A DNA stretch of 64,000 bases from an uncultured delta proteobacterium (lineage in GTDB: Bacteria > Desulfobacterota > Desulfomonilia > Desulfomonilales > Desulfomonilaceae): NCBI GenBank assembly GCA_963789265.1, contig CAWBKB010000005.1, positions 704,001 to 768,000 of the forward strand, read 5' to 3'. Every line of letters begins with the position of its first letter. Position 1 is the stretch's first letter. The notes beneath the pieces are model-generated. The model was not told the origin of the DNA, ran no database searches, and saw only the letters and a list, made by a program, of their open reading frames with translations. A program made the translations under genes and the position numbers. This document shows positions 22,059 through 33,295 of the stretch, in pieces.

Positions 22059-22520
22059 TTAAAGCGTTTCCAGGACTCTCGGAAACGCCAATGCCACCGT
22101 CACGAGAATTATACCTATAACCGAAGCCACTACCAGCACGTCCGGCAGAAACGAGAATGATGCCACCCCCCAACTGAGGTGCCGCCTCACTGCAAGAAAA
22201 CGCCATCCGGACACGACTGTGCTTACACCGGCCATGCCGAAGCAGAAAAGGCTCAAATATATCATCCCGTTTCGTGTCGGAGTGCTGATCGGGATCCCAC
22301 CGAATTGAGCTAGCTGATGCATGAACATCTCGAACCTCTGCATGACAAAGCCGATTGCCAGCAGCGAAACGCTCGTACGGCACCAGGCAAGAAATGTTCT
22401 CTCATTGGCCATGTGGCTCCGCTGCCAGGCGAAAAAAATTCGATCATCCGCCCATATATTCGGGGGCTTGCAAACTACATTGCGGAGTTCGTGTTCAGAG
22501 ATCTTCTCGATGAGTGCCAT
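22059..22520 (-). CDS. DUF202/YidH family membrane protein
   Basis: RSHMANERTFLAWCRT signature, three TM helices. Confidence 0.88.
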   Translation of the reverse strand: MALIEKISEHELRNVVCKPPNIWADDRIFFAWQRSHMANERTFLAWCRTSVSLLAIGFVMQRFEMFMHQLAQFGGIPISTPTRNGMIYLSLFCFGMAGVSTVVSGWRFLAVRRHLSWGVASFSFLPDVLVVASVIGIILVTVALAFPRVLETL

Positions 22521-25103
22521 GATGACTCCTTAAAAGATGAAGTTGATGTTGAAATGTCAGAGTGCAAAAATTGATCGTGCCTGCGGAGGAAAGCATCCGC
22601 GTGTTCGCCGATGTCTTGATCGTTCCGCAACTGAATGTCCAGTTGTCGCGTAAACCCTACTAATTCTCCGATAGCCTCAAGGCAGCGCTGCATTTCCGCT
22701 TTGGGAATGTGGAGAATTCTGCCGACGACAAGATCGCCCTGGATCCTCACTTTGAAATGATAGTGTGCCAGGATATCGGCTAGTAGTTGAGCTCTTCGGG
22801 AACGTCGCGTGAGGTCTGCTACTCCTCCGGCGAATCTGAAGTAAATGTGGCTTTCATTGTCTTCTTCGCCCATTCGCGCGTCGATGAGGTTGAGATGATA
22901 GCCCAGCCGCAGGTGCAGATTCATGTAGACGTCACTAACAACGGCCAAGTTCAGTCCAAAGAGAGCGGGGCCTCTATTAGGGTCCCAGGTCTTTGAGAAG
23001 CTCGAGATCATGCTTTTGAAGTCCACGGACACAGGTTCAGTGTTCCATGCCTCCGGTCGAGACAAGCCTGTAAGTAGAGCTTTTAGAGGCAACGACCGAA
23101 TTTGGTCTGCCCGAACGGTGCTTCCTTTTGCGGGCAGATCAAGCCCGTAACCAAGATCCATAATCTTTAGCGGAAGCGGGATCTTAGACACAAGTGTCCA
23201 TACTCTGACGCCTTTAAAGCGATTTACGGAAGTCGGAAGGTCCATCAACTCTTGAACAGCTTTTTCATGTATAAATCTGACGATGTCGTGGGCAGACCGG
23301 CACCCTTTAGGTGTGAAGTTGACGGATTGCGAATCGGTCAGATGAAGGGGGGCGACGCGATTGAAGACTTTGCGCGCCAGACGACATTGGGGGGTATCCC
23401 GGAAAACCGGGGGTTGCATCAGCTCGTATTGGATCAGTTCCTGTACACGTCCCTCATAGATGGTCTTATGATGCGCATCAAGTGTAATTTCCATGCCCTG
23501 GGCGATGACGTCCGTTGCCCCTTCCACTCCGACCAATGTAGGGACACGAAATTCTCGTGCGATGGTAGCCAGATGGCCTGCTACGGAGCCTCGATCAGAA
23601 ATGATGGCTGCGGCCTTGGGTACGATGCGAGCCAGCCAGGGTGCTGTGTAGCGTGTCACCAGCACACCGCCGTCAGGGAAGGCCGCCATGTCTTCATTAG
23701 ATTGTACAATCTTTACCAATCCGGAGCCGACACCTGCATGAACGGTAACTCCCCGGTCGCGCAGAATAACTTTGTGATCGGAGCCGGACGCGCACCATTC
23801 CTCGGGAGGAGGGACCGCTCTTTGGACTAAGCGCAATGGCCTGCTCTGAAGAAGATGACACCGGCCTCGGGCATCTACAGCCCACTCCATGTCCAAAGGG
23901 CGCTTGAAGTAACGTTCCAGGACCACTCCCCAATTTGCCAAGGTTTGCACGACGGCTGGAGAAATGGCAGGTTTCGTGCATTGCGCTTGGCCGAGAATGG
24001 ATTCCGTTTCACCTCCCTCCGCTGCCAACCAGGAAACAAACTTCTTTTCCGCTATGTTTGACTCCCTGATTTGGTACGGGGGCTCCTTACCTACTATGTA
24101 TTGGTCGAGGGCGTCCCTGCCTTCCGCCGATGTTCGTCCCAACCCAAATGAAGCATAGATGGCCATGCACCCCGGGGGGGTAGAATCCGGAGATACTGTC
24201 TGGAGAATTCCGCTTGCCTGGCTGTCAACCATTTCCTGGCAAAGGACCGACATGGTCGACTCGTCCTCCAAGATGCCCATTTGGTGGCGATAGGTGACGG
24301 CTTCGGGTGAGTAGAGACTGGCCAGGACAATCTTGTATGCCTCCAAGAGCCGTCCCGGCGGGACGTTCAAGACGGTTTGGTGAAGGCCGGCAAAAGAAAG
24401 TTCTCCATCTTCCTCGGTACGCGCTACTGCGAACGGACCAATTTGTCTTGCCTTTGTGTGCCCGATGACTAATGACTTCAGCGAGATCCCGGGGAATCGT
24501 GCCGCCCAGGATTCGTTCGCGGATTTCATTGCAGACCTCGTCTAAAGTCCGGTCTGTTGCCATCCAATCTCTCAACAACGCGTGAATTGGGCCGGCAAGC
24601 TGGTTCTGTTCGAGGAATCGGTAGTATCCCCGGCTCGTGATTACAAATCCGTCCGGCACATCCAGGTGCAAGCGGTAGATTATTTCCGCCAGAGTGCTCG
24701 CCTTTCCGCCCGTTAATTCAGGACTGTCCGCGGCCGCGTCGCTGAGAGAAACCACGTACGGTGCATTTGACATCCTTGAAAGGCCTGAAAGCTCGGGCTC
24801 CAGGGGGAAAACTCGATCCAATGTGGAATAGAGTCCCATGTAACGATTGGATGCGATCAGATTCAAGTCTCTTACCATCCGAAGCAGGACCGTCCGAAGG
24901 TCGGAGATAGAGTCTTGAAGATATTTTCGATCGAAAATGAAGTCTCCGCAGGACTTTTCACCGAGATCGGCCATAAGTTCCATGACCCGATGATGATCGG
25001 TGAGCAGCATATTCTGGAAGCGTTCGAAAATCGTTGGAAATGGGATCGAATCCTGCTCACGGGTGAATGCCCGGTCAAACAGACGTTTCAGAATCCCTAA
25101 CAT
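22475..25103 (-). CDS. PEP-synthase-like protein (ATP-grasp plus phospho-His domain, atypical C-terminus); one insertion at ~24416
   Basis: GGKA, VPDGFVIT, RSSAY/EEDGELSFAG, DMEWA, LQSRPL, GSVAGHLATIAREFRVP motifs. Confidence 0.85.
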
Positions 25104-25554
25104 TTCTGCACTCTCTAATGACAATCAAGTGGCAACGCCACTGCGGCCACCGCTTGATGCTCTTCTTTTCGCTTCCGAAGTTAACATTGCACGCCGTTTA
25201 GTTGACGGAGGGTCGAGGCGAAAAGAGCAGTCCATTTCCAGGACCCCATCTATGATTATATGAATATCATGATACATGAGTATTCTGATTTTGGCAAGGA
25301 CAATGATCACGTATCAGAAAGTCCGCAAAAACCTTTGTTCTTAAGACATAAGATAGGGAGAACAAGCAGTGCGCGAAATGGGTATTGAAGAAGTCTTTGA
25401 CGAAAATGTCACAATTTTGTTCGCTTAGGGGAAGCGTTCGAGAGCGTGGTCCATACTCACAACTTTACCGACAAGGTTGTCGGTTCACGATTTCCGGACG
25501 GTATCTACCAGCAAGGAACAGTTCTTCAAAGAAGGTGTGGTCCGCCGGAGAAGA

Positions 25555-26025
25555 TTACCGGCGCCTAAACTGGGCAAAGAGACCCGGATCGGGAGTATCC
25601 TCGAACACCTCAATGGAAGTGAATTGATTCGGGTTATCCAATCGCACGTACATGACTTCTTCTTCAGATTCGCCGTTTCGTTTGTGGCGGAGTTCACTCC
25701 CTGACAGCTTCCACGTCCCGTCTTGGACCTTTTCATCGTTGCCGATTCTTGAGATACGGCGAAACGTTCCGTCATCTCGGTATTCCAAGATGAGCGTAAA
25801 GGCGTTGACACCTTTGCTCACAAACGGACGCCCCTTATATGCCTTCCTATAAGGCTTTCCAGGTTCTTTAGTCTGATAAATTTCCCAGACGCCGACAAGC
25901 TTCTTGGACTCGGCGTTCATGGCGGGCTTCTTGATTTGGTTTCCTTCCTGAGCATAAATGGGGGGCATTGCCAGGCTCAAGATTAGGCCCGAATAAAGTA
26001 TAAGAGCTGCTCGCCTGACGGTCAC
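25555..26025 (-). CDS. Hypothetical exported protein, lipocalin-like
   Basis: RBS AAGGAG, signal peptide, LVGVW and GTWKL beta-barrel motifs. Confidence 0.7.
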   Translation of the reverse strand: MTVRRAALILYSGLILSLAMPPIYAQEGNQIKKPAMNAESKKLVGVWEIYQTKEPGKPYRKAYKGRPFVSKGVNAFTLILEYRDDGTFRRISRIGNDEKVQDGTWKLSGSELRHKRNGESEEEVMYVRLDNPNQFTSIEVFEDTPDPGLFAQFRRR

Positions 26026-26081
26026 GGTTCACTCCTTTTCCGAATAACGCTTAATGTTCCGGTAAGCCGCCCACCTGAGGG

Positions 26082-27761
26082 GTGATAGCAGGGTGGACAA
26101 GGAGGAGAAGATACCATGCGGTCGGGGAAGTTAGCACAAGGTTGTGGATCGCGCAATATCAACCTTGTTGGCTTGACTTTGGAATGATAGGGTTGAGTAT
26201 GAACCAACGGATGGATGACATGCAAAACCTAATTCGTAGACTTTCTTTTTTGAGCAATGGTCGGGGTCTCTTAGCGATAGTTTTTGTCATTGCCGGCGCG
26301 TTTGTAGTGTGGAAAGGCCTTTTGGAGCTTAGGGACTTGTGGCGACTGATGTCCCCTCTGTTCCCTTTGTCGATTCCTAAAGACGTCTCTCAGAAGGTAG
26401 CCAATTCGCTGCCGACGATTTTCAAATACTTTGTGGTGATTGTAAGTTCGGTTTGCGCGGTTCTAATAGGGGGCCTGTGGGCCGTATCGGGAGTGGGAAG
26501 TTTGTTTCAAGCGCGGAGGAGGCTCCATCAACCGGCGAATTTTGATAAGCCGGAGCTAGTGGCGGAATCTATCAGGTCGGGTCGGACGCTGCACTGGCCG
26601 GCAACCCCTTGGTTGGTGAAGATGTTGGCCGCTGTTTGGGGGCCCGTTCGCTTTGTCAATCCTATAGCCTATCAATTTCTGAAACAAGTTCTCCAGTCAT
26701 TTCTTAATATTGTATTACTTACGATTATCGTGGCCATCATATTTTCGTTTCTGAGGGCGATGCCGGCGTTGTTGCAAAAATACGCTCACGTGAGCATTAA
26801 CATGGCCGTTCCATCAGCCGGCCCGCTGTTCTTTCTTTTAGGTCTAATCGCATTCGTCAATTGCCTGATTCTGGTTAATCTTATCCCTTACAAACAGCCG
26901 GAGATCATGCGGAGTTGTGAGGTAGCACCGGTGAGCGGCCGCGGTAATCCTCATGTTTTCTTTGCGCTGCTGGAAGAGGGCTGCAAACTGCTGACGTCCA
27001 AAGGGCAGGTCGACCGTAGTGGAGGCGTACGTCTGGAAGGGACGGCTCAGCATGGCACAAAGGGAACGCTGATCGAGAATTTCCCTGAAAGAGTAGGCAA
27101 CTCTCTTAGCCCAGCGGGGTATATTTGCCTTCCCCTAGTTTTGTTGTTGCTGACTATGGGATTTACCAGACTGATACATTTTCATCCACCCGGCGGTTCC
27201 AGCGGTCCTGTGACGTATTCCGATTTCCTGTCGGCACATTTCCCTAATGATTTGTTGGAGATAGTTTTTAGTCTCGGTTTGATTCTTTCGGGCCTGTACT
27301 TTGCCGAGTGGGCGCGCAAGTTGTTCGATGTGCACAGATATCGCTCCGCTCTGATCTTTTGTCACACAGAAGAGCAATCCGATCGTGAGCCGCGAACCGG
27401 TAGTAAGAATCCGCAATCAGACCACGGCCCTGCCTTCGAAGGAATACGGTGGAGAGCAGCACAAGCGGTGGATGAGCAATTTGCAGCCTGGGCGAAGAAT
27501 CCGCGCACGGCTAAAAAGTTCCACGTAGAAGTCTGTTGGACGGAAGCGATCTCCGAGTCGATTGGCGCTCATGGCCCTCGCCATCTGATCGAGGCTCGAA
27601 AAAGGGCATCCCTGGATAGTGCGTTGAGCCGCATCATTGAGCTACCATTTTTCATAGATTTTCAAATTGAGACAATTGCCTGCGCCCCCACGCCGACCAG
27701 CGGGGCATGCGGTGAGGATGGCCGCGACTATGCTGATACCTCCGCTGGCGACGAGCAGTAG
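26082..27761 (+). CDS. Hypothetical multi-pass membrane protein (start probably ~26199-26220)
   Basis: Long ORF with about six hydrophobic segments. Confidence 0.7.
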   Translation: MIAGWTRRRRYHAVGEVSTRLWIAQYQPCWLDFGMIGLSMNQRMDDMQNLIRRLSFLSNGRGLLAIVFVIAGAFVVWKGLLELRDLWRLMSPLFPLSIPKDVSQKVANSLPTIFKYFVVIVSSVCAVLIGGLWAVSGVGSLFQARRRLHQPANFDKPELVAESIRSGRTLHWPATPWLVKMLAAVWGPVRFVNPIAYQFLKQVLQSFLNIVLLTIIVAIIFSFLRAMPALLQKYAHVSINMAVPSAGPLFFLLGLIAFVNCLILVNLIPYKQPEIMRSCEVAPVSGRGNPHVFFALLEEGCKLLTSKGQVDRSGGVRLEGTAQHGTKGTLIENFPERVGNSLSPAGYICLPLVLLLLTMGFTRLIHFHPPGGSSGPVTYSDFLSAHFPNDLLEIVFSLGLILSGLYFAEWARKLFDVHRYRSALIFCHTEEQSDREPRTGSKNPQSDHGPAFEGIRWRAAQAVDEQFAAWAKNPRTAKKFHVEVCWTEAISESIGAHGPRHLIEARKRASLDSALSRIIELPFFIDFQIETIACAPTPTSGACGEDGRDYADTSAGDEQ

Positions 27762-28046
27762 CTCGAAACTACGAGGTGCTTACGGCGATGAGAAGGGAAC
27801 GTGGCGGCCGAGGTTGCCTTACCAAGGAAGTTCCTATGAAAACGTCCTGTTACCGACGGCAATCCCGCGGTCCGCGAGGGACGGTCCTACTGACGTTTTC
27901 ATGTTTCGTTGTAGCTTTCTAGCTATGGAAGTTGGTCTGGCTGAGCGTTCAAGCCAGCCGACGGGGCTGGAGGAAGCTTCTTGAAGCCTCCCCCAGCGAG
28001 GGGCTCTAGATCCGGACGTCCGTCGCGTAGAGCGTACCGGTTGAAA

Positions 28047-28937
28047 CTAGAGTTCAAGCCATGAGTGCGAGTAAAGAGATTGGCCGAGCAAAAGCCTGGC
28101 CGTCTTGACGTAGTCTATCTCCCGTTTGCTCATGCCGGAAGTGCCAACTTCCTCGCCGTCGAACACTCTCCCGACGAGGTTTTCGAGTTCCATTGATTTG
28201 TCATGAGCTATATTCACGATTTCCTCATCAAAGCCATCCAGTATGGCGGAAGTTATGCCGCACTTCTTGAGTATGCAAAGATAGACTTGGTTTAGTACGT
28301 CCCGAAGTTCGTCAGGGGAGCCGTTCGACACGTTGGACAAACCGCAAGTGGACTGACATCCTGGTGCGAGATCCGGCAGCCACTGCATGAACGTGGTGCA
28401 TCCCTGAAGTTCTTGCTGCTGAGAAGATACCGGGACCACGATCGGATCGAACCAGATTCTCTCCAAAGGGATCCCTTCCTCTGTTGCCTTTGTCATCATG
28501 CTGTCCAACAGAACGGCGCGCTCATTCTCATCCCGGGGTATACCTTCAGGGCCCCACATCAAGCCGACCATCTCGCATCCGTACTTGCCGACGAGCGGAA
28601 TTTGCAAAGCCATACGTTCAGGGGTCGCCATAATAGAGTTGACCACCGCGGAGCCTTTCTTTGGAACGTAGACCTGAAGCCCCGCTTCAACGGCTTCATT
28701 ATTGGTGGTGTCCAGGAACAAGGGAAGATCTGTGACTTCCTGAACAGTTTTGACGAGCCATTGCATCATTTCAGGGCCGCCTTTTCGGGCCGGTCCGAGG
28801 TTAAGGTCCAGAAGATCCGCGCCTCTTTCAGTCAACTTTACAGCCCATTCCTGTATGGGCTTTGGATCCTTCTCGCGCATGGCGTTGCCGGTGTACTTAG
28901 ACATAATGTTAATGTTCTCAGCCACCACCTTTATCAT
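28047..28937 (-). CDS. acsE: Methyltetrahydrofolate:corrinoid Fe-S protein methyltransferase (pterin-binding barrel)
   Basis: AENINI, GADLLDLN, LDT, VNS, FDP, GLSNVS motifs; downstream of acsC; RBS AGGAGG. Confidence 0.85.
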   Translation of the reverse strand: MIKVVAENINIMSKYTGNAMREKDPKPIQEWAVKLTERGADLLDLNLGPARKGGPEMMQWLVKTVQEVTDLPLFLDTTNNEAVEAGLQVYVPKKGSAVVNSIMATPERMALQIPLVGKYGCEMVGLMWGPEGIPRDENERAVLLDSMMTKATEEGIPLERIWFDPIVVPVSSQQQELQGCTTFMQWLPDLAPGCQSTCGLSNVSNGSPDELRDVLNQVYLCILKKCGITSAILDGFDEEIVNIAHDKSMELENLVGRVFDGEEVGTSGMSKREIDYVKTARLLLGQSLYSHSWLEL

Positions 28938-29046
28938 GGATCAGCACCTCCTCCTTTGACTCAGGTTCTCGTATGGAAACGCAGGAAAAATAAAAAGAAG
29001 ACTAGCACACACCGGCCCAAGATCAAAGGGGAATGTCGCTTTTTTC

Positions 29047-29280
29047 GTAATCATTCACTTATGCGGGGGATCTTCTGCATCTTGTCATTGCGAGGAGTGC
29101 ATGGTGGGACAGTCCCGCGCCTCGCGGGACAACCTGTTTACTAGGGATTACGGGCAATCCCGCGTTCCGTGCGAGACGTCCCACCGGCAATCTAAGCGGC
29201 GTTTAAAGGAAAAGATTGCTTTCCCACGAGGCGCGGGACTCGCAATGACAAATTTTTCCCACGCGTAAGTGAATGCTTGC
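29047..29280. mobile_element. MITE-like element, copy 2, with 8-bp target-site duplication and nested inserts
   Basis: Ends GTAATCATTCACTTATGCG...CGCGTAAGTGAATGCTTGC; CTTTTTTC at 29039-29046 and 29281-29288; internal blocks identical to 254-412. Confidence 0.85.
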
Positions 29281-29523
29281 CTTTTTTCGAAACCATTCAG
29301 TTACGGGGGGCCATGGTGCTTCCGGTGGGCGGGCTTTGGCGGCCGCCTGTCATGAAAACTGCAAACGAGGTAGGCCGGCAAGCCTCCCTCAGATCTCTCC
29401 GAAATGCCCTTGAGTAGACTCCCCCCCAACAGGTGGATGCGTCTTGGTTGGCGGTGTGAGGCGTCGGGGAAAAAGGTACACCTTTTTCCCCGGCTTGATT
29501 CTTAGGCCCCAGAGGGCCTTTGA

Positions 29524-30865
29524 CTAAACGAAATTCTGGCGAAGGTATGCCGGAATGTGGGCGCCTTCCCTCGGGCCAATGGCAATCTCCCAACCGGGAA
29601 GCTCTTCTTCCAGATCGCCGCTGATAATGGCTGCGGCCCCGGGAATGACCAGCTTTCTCATTTTGGTTTTTTCTTCGATTCCGGACTTCTTGACAAAAGG
29701 ACCAATGAGATCGCCGACGAATTTACCAGCAGCCCACGCTGTCAGCACAGACAGGCCGTCGGTATTGAGCACCAAAAGCCACGACGGCACGCGGCTCGAC
29801 TCGATCTCGCCTGAAACGATAAAATATGTGAGCGAGAAATTGCTGGTGATCAGTATCGGCGATTCATCTCCCGGATTGCCTATAGGATATACCCCTTGCT
29901 CGGTAGTCATGGGCCGTTGCGGATCTGTGAAGATGTTCAGGCGTTGGAGAAGCAGGGGAAAGAGCAATTCTCCGCGTAAGTCGCTCAATATCGCTATCCC
30001 ACCGTATTTCGATATGAAAGTGCCGGCCAGAATGGCTTCGTCTACCGGGTTGTCTGCCATATCACAAGGAAATACGATGGTGGGGAATCCAAGAGGTCGA
30101 TATAGCTTCTCAAGCGCGAGGCGACGGATCATTACATTGTCTCGCAAGAGTTCAGCAAGATTTCGTGTCCCGGAATCGAGAACAATATCCTTGTGCCCTT
30201 TTTCGACAAGCTTGGCGCTCATGCGGGCCACATCTCCCACCTTGCTCCCCTTTACGGTAAGCGGGCAGTCAAACTCCTTAGAAAGTGCAGACACGTCGTC
30301 CAGGTTGGCTTCTGTGGCTGCATAGAGGAGAGGTTTGGCCTTGCCGACTTTGGCCAAAGCTGCTTTGAAGGCGTCGAGGTTGTCGCTCATAAGGACGAGA
30401 GCAGCGCCGGCATCAGAAGCTTTCTTTGCAATCTTGGCAAATCGCGCTGGGTCTCCGCCATCCTTTACCGCGATAAGGTCGGGCTTCAAGGTCAGGCCAA
30501 CTCTCTCGTATTTTAGTTCTTTGAAGGCCTTGAGCTTTCCATTAACAGAAGCATCGTCTTCGGATGTAGCGATAAGGCAGACCTAGGGCCGTAGGGTTGT
30601 TAAAGGTCTTTTCATGCCTGAATAGAACTGTTTCTCCGCCGGCCTTGACTGCATTGTCCCCAACACCGATCTGCACAGTTCTTATGGGGGGAGCGGACGC
30701 GGAGGCGAGTTTTTCTTTCGCTTCGTCCGAAACATAAGGACACTGGTCCAGTTCGGCTTTTCCCGCAGCCAAGTTCATCGCAAAGGCGAGGCATGTGGGC
30801 ACCCCACATTCCGCGCAGTTCTTCTTGGGCATCATCTTGAAAATCTGTATTCCGGAAAGCGCCAT
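29524..30865 (-). CDS. acsC: Corrinoid Fe-S protein large (gamma) subunit; one insertion at ~30575-30585
   Basis: NCAECGVPTCLAFA cluster motif, GGETVLFRHEK, NIFTDPQRP, NFSLTYF, GLSVLTAWAAGKF, GPRE. Confidence 0.93.
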
Positions 30866-31003
30866 TGAATAGACCTCCCTCTCGAGGCGTCAACCCCAAG
30901 GAAAAGATGTTTCTCTTGAAAAATATTATGTTAAAGGGGGCTCCGTAATAAGACGAGCCCCCAATTCACCTTGGTGACCGGCAAGATACCGGTGTAATTT
31001 TCA

Positions 31004-33211
31004 TTATCCGACTATAGGATCCATTGTTATCGCGGGGTGTTCTTTCTCCTGCAGGAAGGGCAGAATCTCATCTTCGGTGACCCCTATGGTCTCATCTGCG
31101 ATCCTGTCGGTGAGGTTTTCGACACCGCGTTCTTGACCGCGAGCATCGATCTTATCACGCAGCATCTCCTTGAGCGCCTTAGGCAACCACACGAGCCGCA
31201 AGATCCCGCCTTCGGCAGAGATGAACTTTGCGGAACCGATGTAAAACTTGCTATGACCCACGAAGCCGGGCGTTATGTTACCGCCACCGGCGCTGCCCGC
31301 CAGAGTGGTGAACTTCATGCCGCAGGGTGTCGGGCCCTTGTCGTCGCGGTCCACACTCATGACGCCATTGGCAACAGGCAATACGGCTGCGATACATTCG
31401 AAGCAACCGCATGAGGTCATGGGATCTTCCATGATCGAATAGGCATTGTACTTTTGCACTTTGCCGCGGGAAGCCTGCTGTACGAATGCATTGACGCCCT
31501 CCCACTGGCCGAGGCGCTCGTCAATGACGTTACCCTTTTCGATGGGCTGATTAGGGCCGGTTGGATTTATTTCATTGGAAGCCTTGCAGTCCAGCCAATT
31601 GTACGCGCCGCAAAGTCCCGTACGCTCGGGTGTGACGACACAAACGTGAGACGGGGCGAAGCTCTGGCAAAGCGTGCAAGAATAGAAGATGGCCTCATCC
31701 TCATCAGTCATGCCCTCTACACGAGCATCTCTGACCTTATATGTATCCCTGGCTGTCGCGAGGAGTTTTTCAACATCCTTCTGCTCGGTGAAAATCGTTA
31801 CCTGGACTTTGTCAAGGACGGCTCCGAAATCCTGGTGGTACTTGGCATGAAGTATAGAGCCTATATGCTTTAGACTGAAGCCTTTATCGACCGAGCCCTT
31901 GCCGACACGTACCCAGGCTATATCCCTCTGCCCTATGTGCATAAGACCCTGGGCATAGTTGATAAGGTGGTGGATCTGGCGCTCAAGAATGGGCTCGAAG
32001 TCGGACTGCATCTTACGGCCCGCGACCTCGACGAGAATACCGAGAGGCAACCGCGTTCCGGGCTCGATGTCTTTGAGATCAGGTCCGATAAGCACCACCT
32101 TGGCATCCTCGACATCGTTCATGTCCTTCATAAGGGTAAGTTCGACGGCTTGGGTCTTGCCGCCGCCTGCCTCCATGTAGATATCCTCTCCGCGGATTCT
32201 TTCCCCCTCGAAGGCCGGACCGTAAGCAACAGGGACAGGAACCTCCGTGACCGTAACCTTTAAGCCGCGAACTTCTATAGCTCTGGCAACGATATCCTTG
32301 TGAGGCACATTGGAAACAACATGCTCGTACGTGCAGACGCCGGTGGGGAGAATTTCGGGAATGGGGGTGTCTGCTATGGTGGGGAAGCCATAGTTAATGG
32401 CGCCGGCTGCCGCCGCATACCATTCGTCGGAAACGTCACCAAGAGCGAGGACGAACGCGAAAACGCGGTCCTTATTGTAAATCAACACCTTGCGGAAATC
32501 CCCGGGCTCGATACCACCAAAACTGAGAGCCGCTCGAGTAGCAAAGCCGACCGCGAAGATTGCCGACGAAATGTCGGGGCCGAAGGGAACCAGACGAGTC
32601 GGCCAACCGACCTGGACGCCCGCTTCGCGGAGTTGCTGCGAAAAGCTCGTTCCTTTGTAGTCAGCCGCCATGAAGACGTAGAGATTCTTCTTCTGGAGTT
32701 CAAGGGCCATTTCGGCGGCGATCTCTTTGGTCGGGGCTGATCCTACAACAGCCGCAAATCCGGGGGCCGTACCGTCAACGAACTCGACACCTCGTTTTCT
32801 GAGAATCACGTCATCCGCCGCGCCCAGCCAGAGCTTGTCGTCGGTTGGGTCTTCTGCGGGCAGGTAGAAATCGGGCTGTTCGAGATAGCGAATCGCCTCG
32901 ATAATTTCGTAGTTGAACAGACTGGCCATTCCCGCGTCTAAAACAGGTCCCAAATAAGGAAGAGGGTGCTTTTCTCTAACTGGAGGCGGGATAAGTTGCT
33001 CAGAGCGATCCAACACGAGTCCGGCATCGCCGAGAGTCTTCACCGGAAACCCAAGGATGCCATAAATAACCGGGAGATAGTAACCAGTGTTAGGGAAGGC
33101 CAACTCCTGCTTCTTTCCATACTTTTTGACAGCTTTTTCGTATTTCGTCCTGGCCTTCTCATAGACCTTGTGAGCGCCGGATATGACATTTGCTGCGACT
33201 ATCTTTGACAC
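31004..33211 (-). CDS. acsB: Acetyl-CoA synthase
   Basis: FPNTGYYLP, FYSCTLCQSFAPSHVC, PERTGLCGA, PMTSCGCFE A-cluster motifs. Confidence 0.97.
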   Translation of the reverse strand: MSKIVAANVISGAHKVYEKARTKYEKAVKKYGKKQELAFPNTGYYLPVIYGILGFPVKTLGDAGLVLDRSEQLIPPPVREKHPLPYLGPVLDAGMASLFNYEIIEAIRYLEQPDFYLPAEDPTDDKLWLGAADDVILRKRGVEFVDGTAPGFAAVVGSAPTKEIAAEMALELQKKNLYVFMAADYKGTSFSQQLREAGVQVGWPTRLVPFGPDISSAIFAVGFATRAALSFGGIEPGDFRKVLIYNKDRVFAFVLALGDVSDEWYAAAAGAINYGFPTIADTPIPEILPTGVCTYEHVVSNVPHKDIVARAIEVRGLKVTVTEVPVPVAYGPAFEGERIRGEDIYMEAGGGKTQAVELTLMKDMNDVEDAKVVLIGPDLKDIEPGTRLPLGILVEVAGRKMQSDFEPILERQIHHLINYAQGLMHIGQRDIAWVRVGKGSVDKGFSLKHIGSILHAKYHQDFGAVLDKVQVTIFTEQKDVEKLLATARDTYKVRDARVEGMTDEDEAIFYSCTLCQSFAPSHVCVVTPERTGLCGAYNWLDCKASNEINPTGPNQPIEKGNVIDERLGQWEGVNAFVQQASRGKVQKYNAYSIMEDPMTSCGCFECIAAVLPVANGVMSVDRDDKGPTPCGMKFTTLAGSAGGGNITPGFVGHSKFYIGSAKFISAEGGILRLVWLPKALKEMLRDKIDARGQERGVENLTDRIADETIGVTEDEILPFLQEKEHPAITMDPIVG

Positions 33212-33295
33212 TGTTTGTTTCCTCCTGTGGAGACGTTAAAGCGGATCGGAGGGGAAGAGGCGGCCTCTCCCCCGGGTTGTGCCGAAACTCACAAA

